Assembly: GCA_950097015.1 (NCBI GenBank)
Contig: CATNEN010000003.1
Location: 10,292,001-10,356,000 of the forward strand
DNA length: 64,000 nt
From: Macrostomum hystrix
Lineage: Eukaryota > Animalia > Platyhelminthes
Direction: 5' to 3'
Shown here one piece after another: positions 63,830 to 64,000 of this stretch. The translations under genes and the position numbers were made by a program. Position 1 is the stretch's first letter. The number at the start of each line of letters is the position of its first letter. The notes under the pieces were generated by a model. The model was not told the origin of the DNA, ran no database searches, and saw only the letters and a program-made list of their open reading frames with translations.

Positions 63830-64000
63830 ATTTATTCATCCCCAAATCCCATCTGTCATATTTCCAGATCCTCAAATCCCGTCTGTCAAATTTCCAGATC
63901 CTCAAATCCCGTCTGTCATATTTCCAGATCCTCAAATCCCGTCTGTCATATTTCCAGATCCTCAAATCCCGTCTGTCATATTCCTAGATGCTCAACTCCT
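63830..64000. repeat. 30-bp minisatellite
   Basis: CTCAAATCCCGTCTGTCATATTTCCAGATC units. Confidence 0.9.

Overview
Eukaryotic (animal) genomic DNA: AT-rich introns filled with minisatellites and GC-richer exons. The style suggests a free-living flatworm such as Macrostomum; this is inference only. Almost all long ORFs in the supplied track are repeat artefacts. Splicing exons by hand with phase checks gave six genes. (1) A transmembrane neuregulin-like EGFR ligand (Ig-linker-EGF-TM-polyQ tail; +, 11991-30149; 5' end uncertain). (2-4) A tight minus-strand run XRCC4 > TMEM18 > COMM-domain-only COMMD7-like (40791-33807). (5-6) A divergent plus-strand run OAF > CCDC112 (46498-63777). An intronless PAN/C-type lectin gene is nested on the same strand in CCDC112 intron 1, and a captured FAXDC2 pseudo-exon lies in intron 2. 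The main observation is that TMEM18 and OAF lack a usable genomic ATG, and four genes open in phase 0 directly after a 3' splice acceptor. This fits two divergent operons resolved by spliced-leader trans-splicing, with the flatworm leader's terminal AUG acting as start codon. Mobile DNA includes a deleted mariner, a MULE-like MITE, a 36-bp hairpin with an 8-bp TSD, two tRNA-derived SINE families, and a 5.3-kb Helitron whose empty site survives in a tandem duplication of CCDC112 intron 1.
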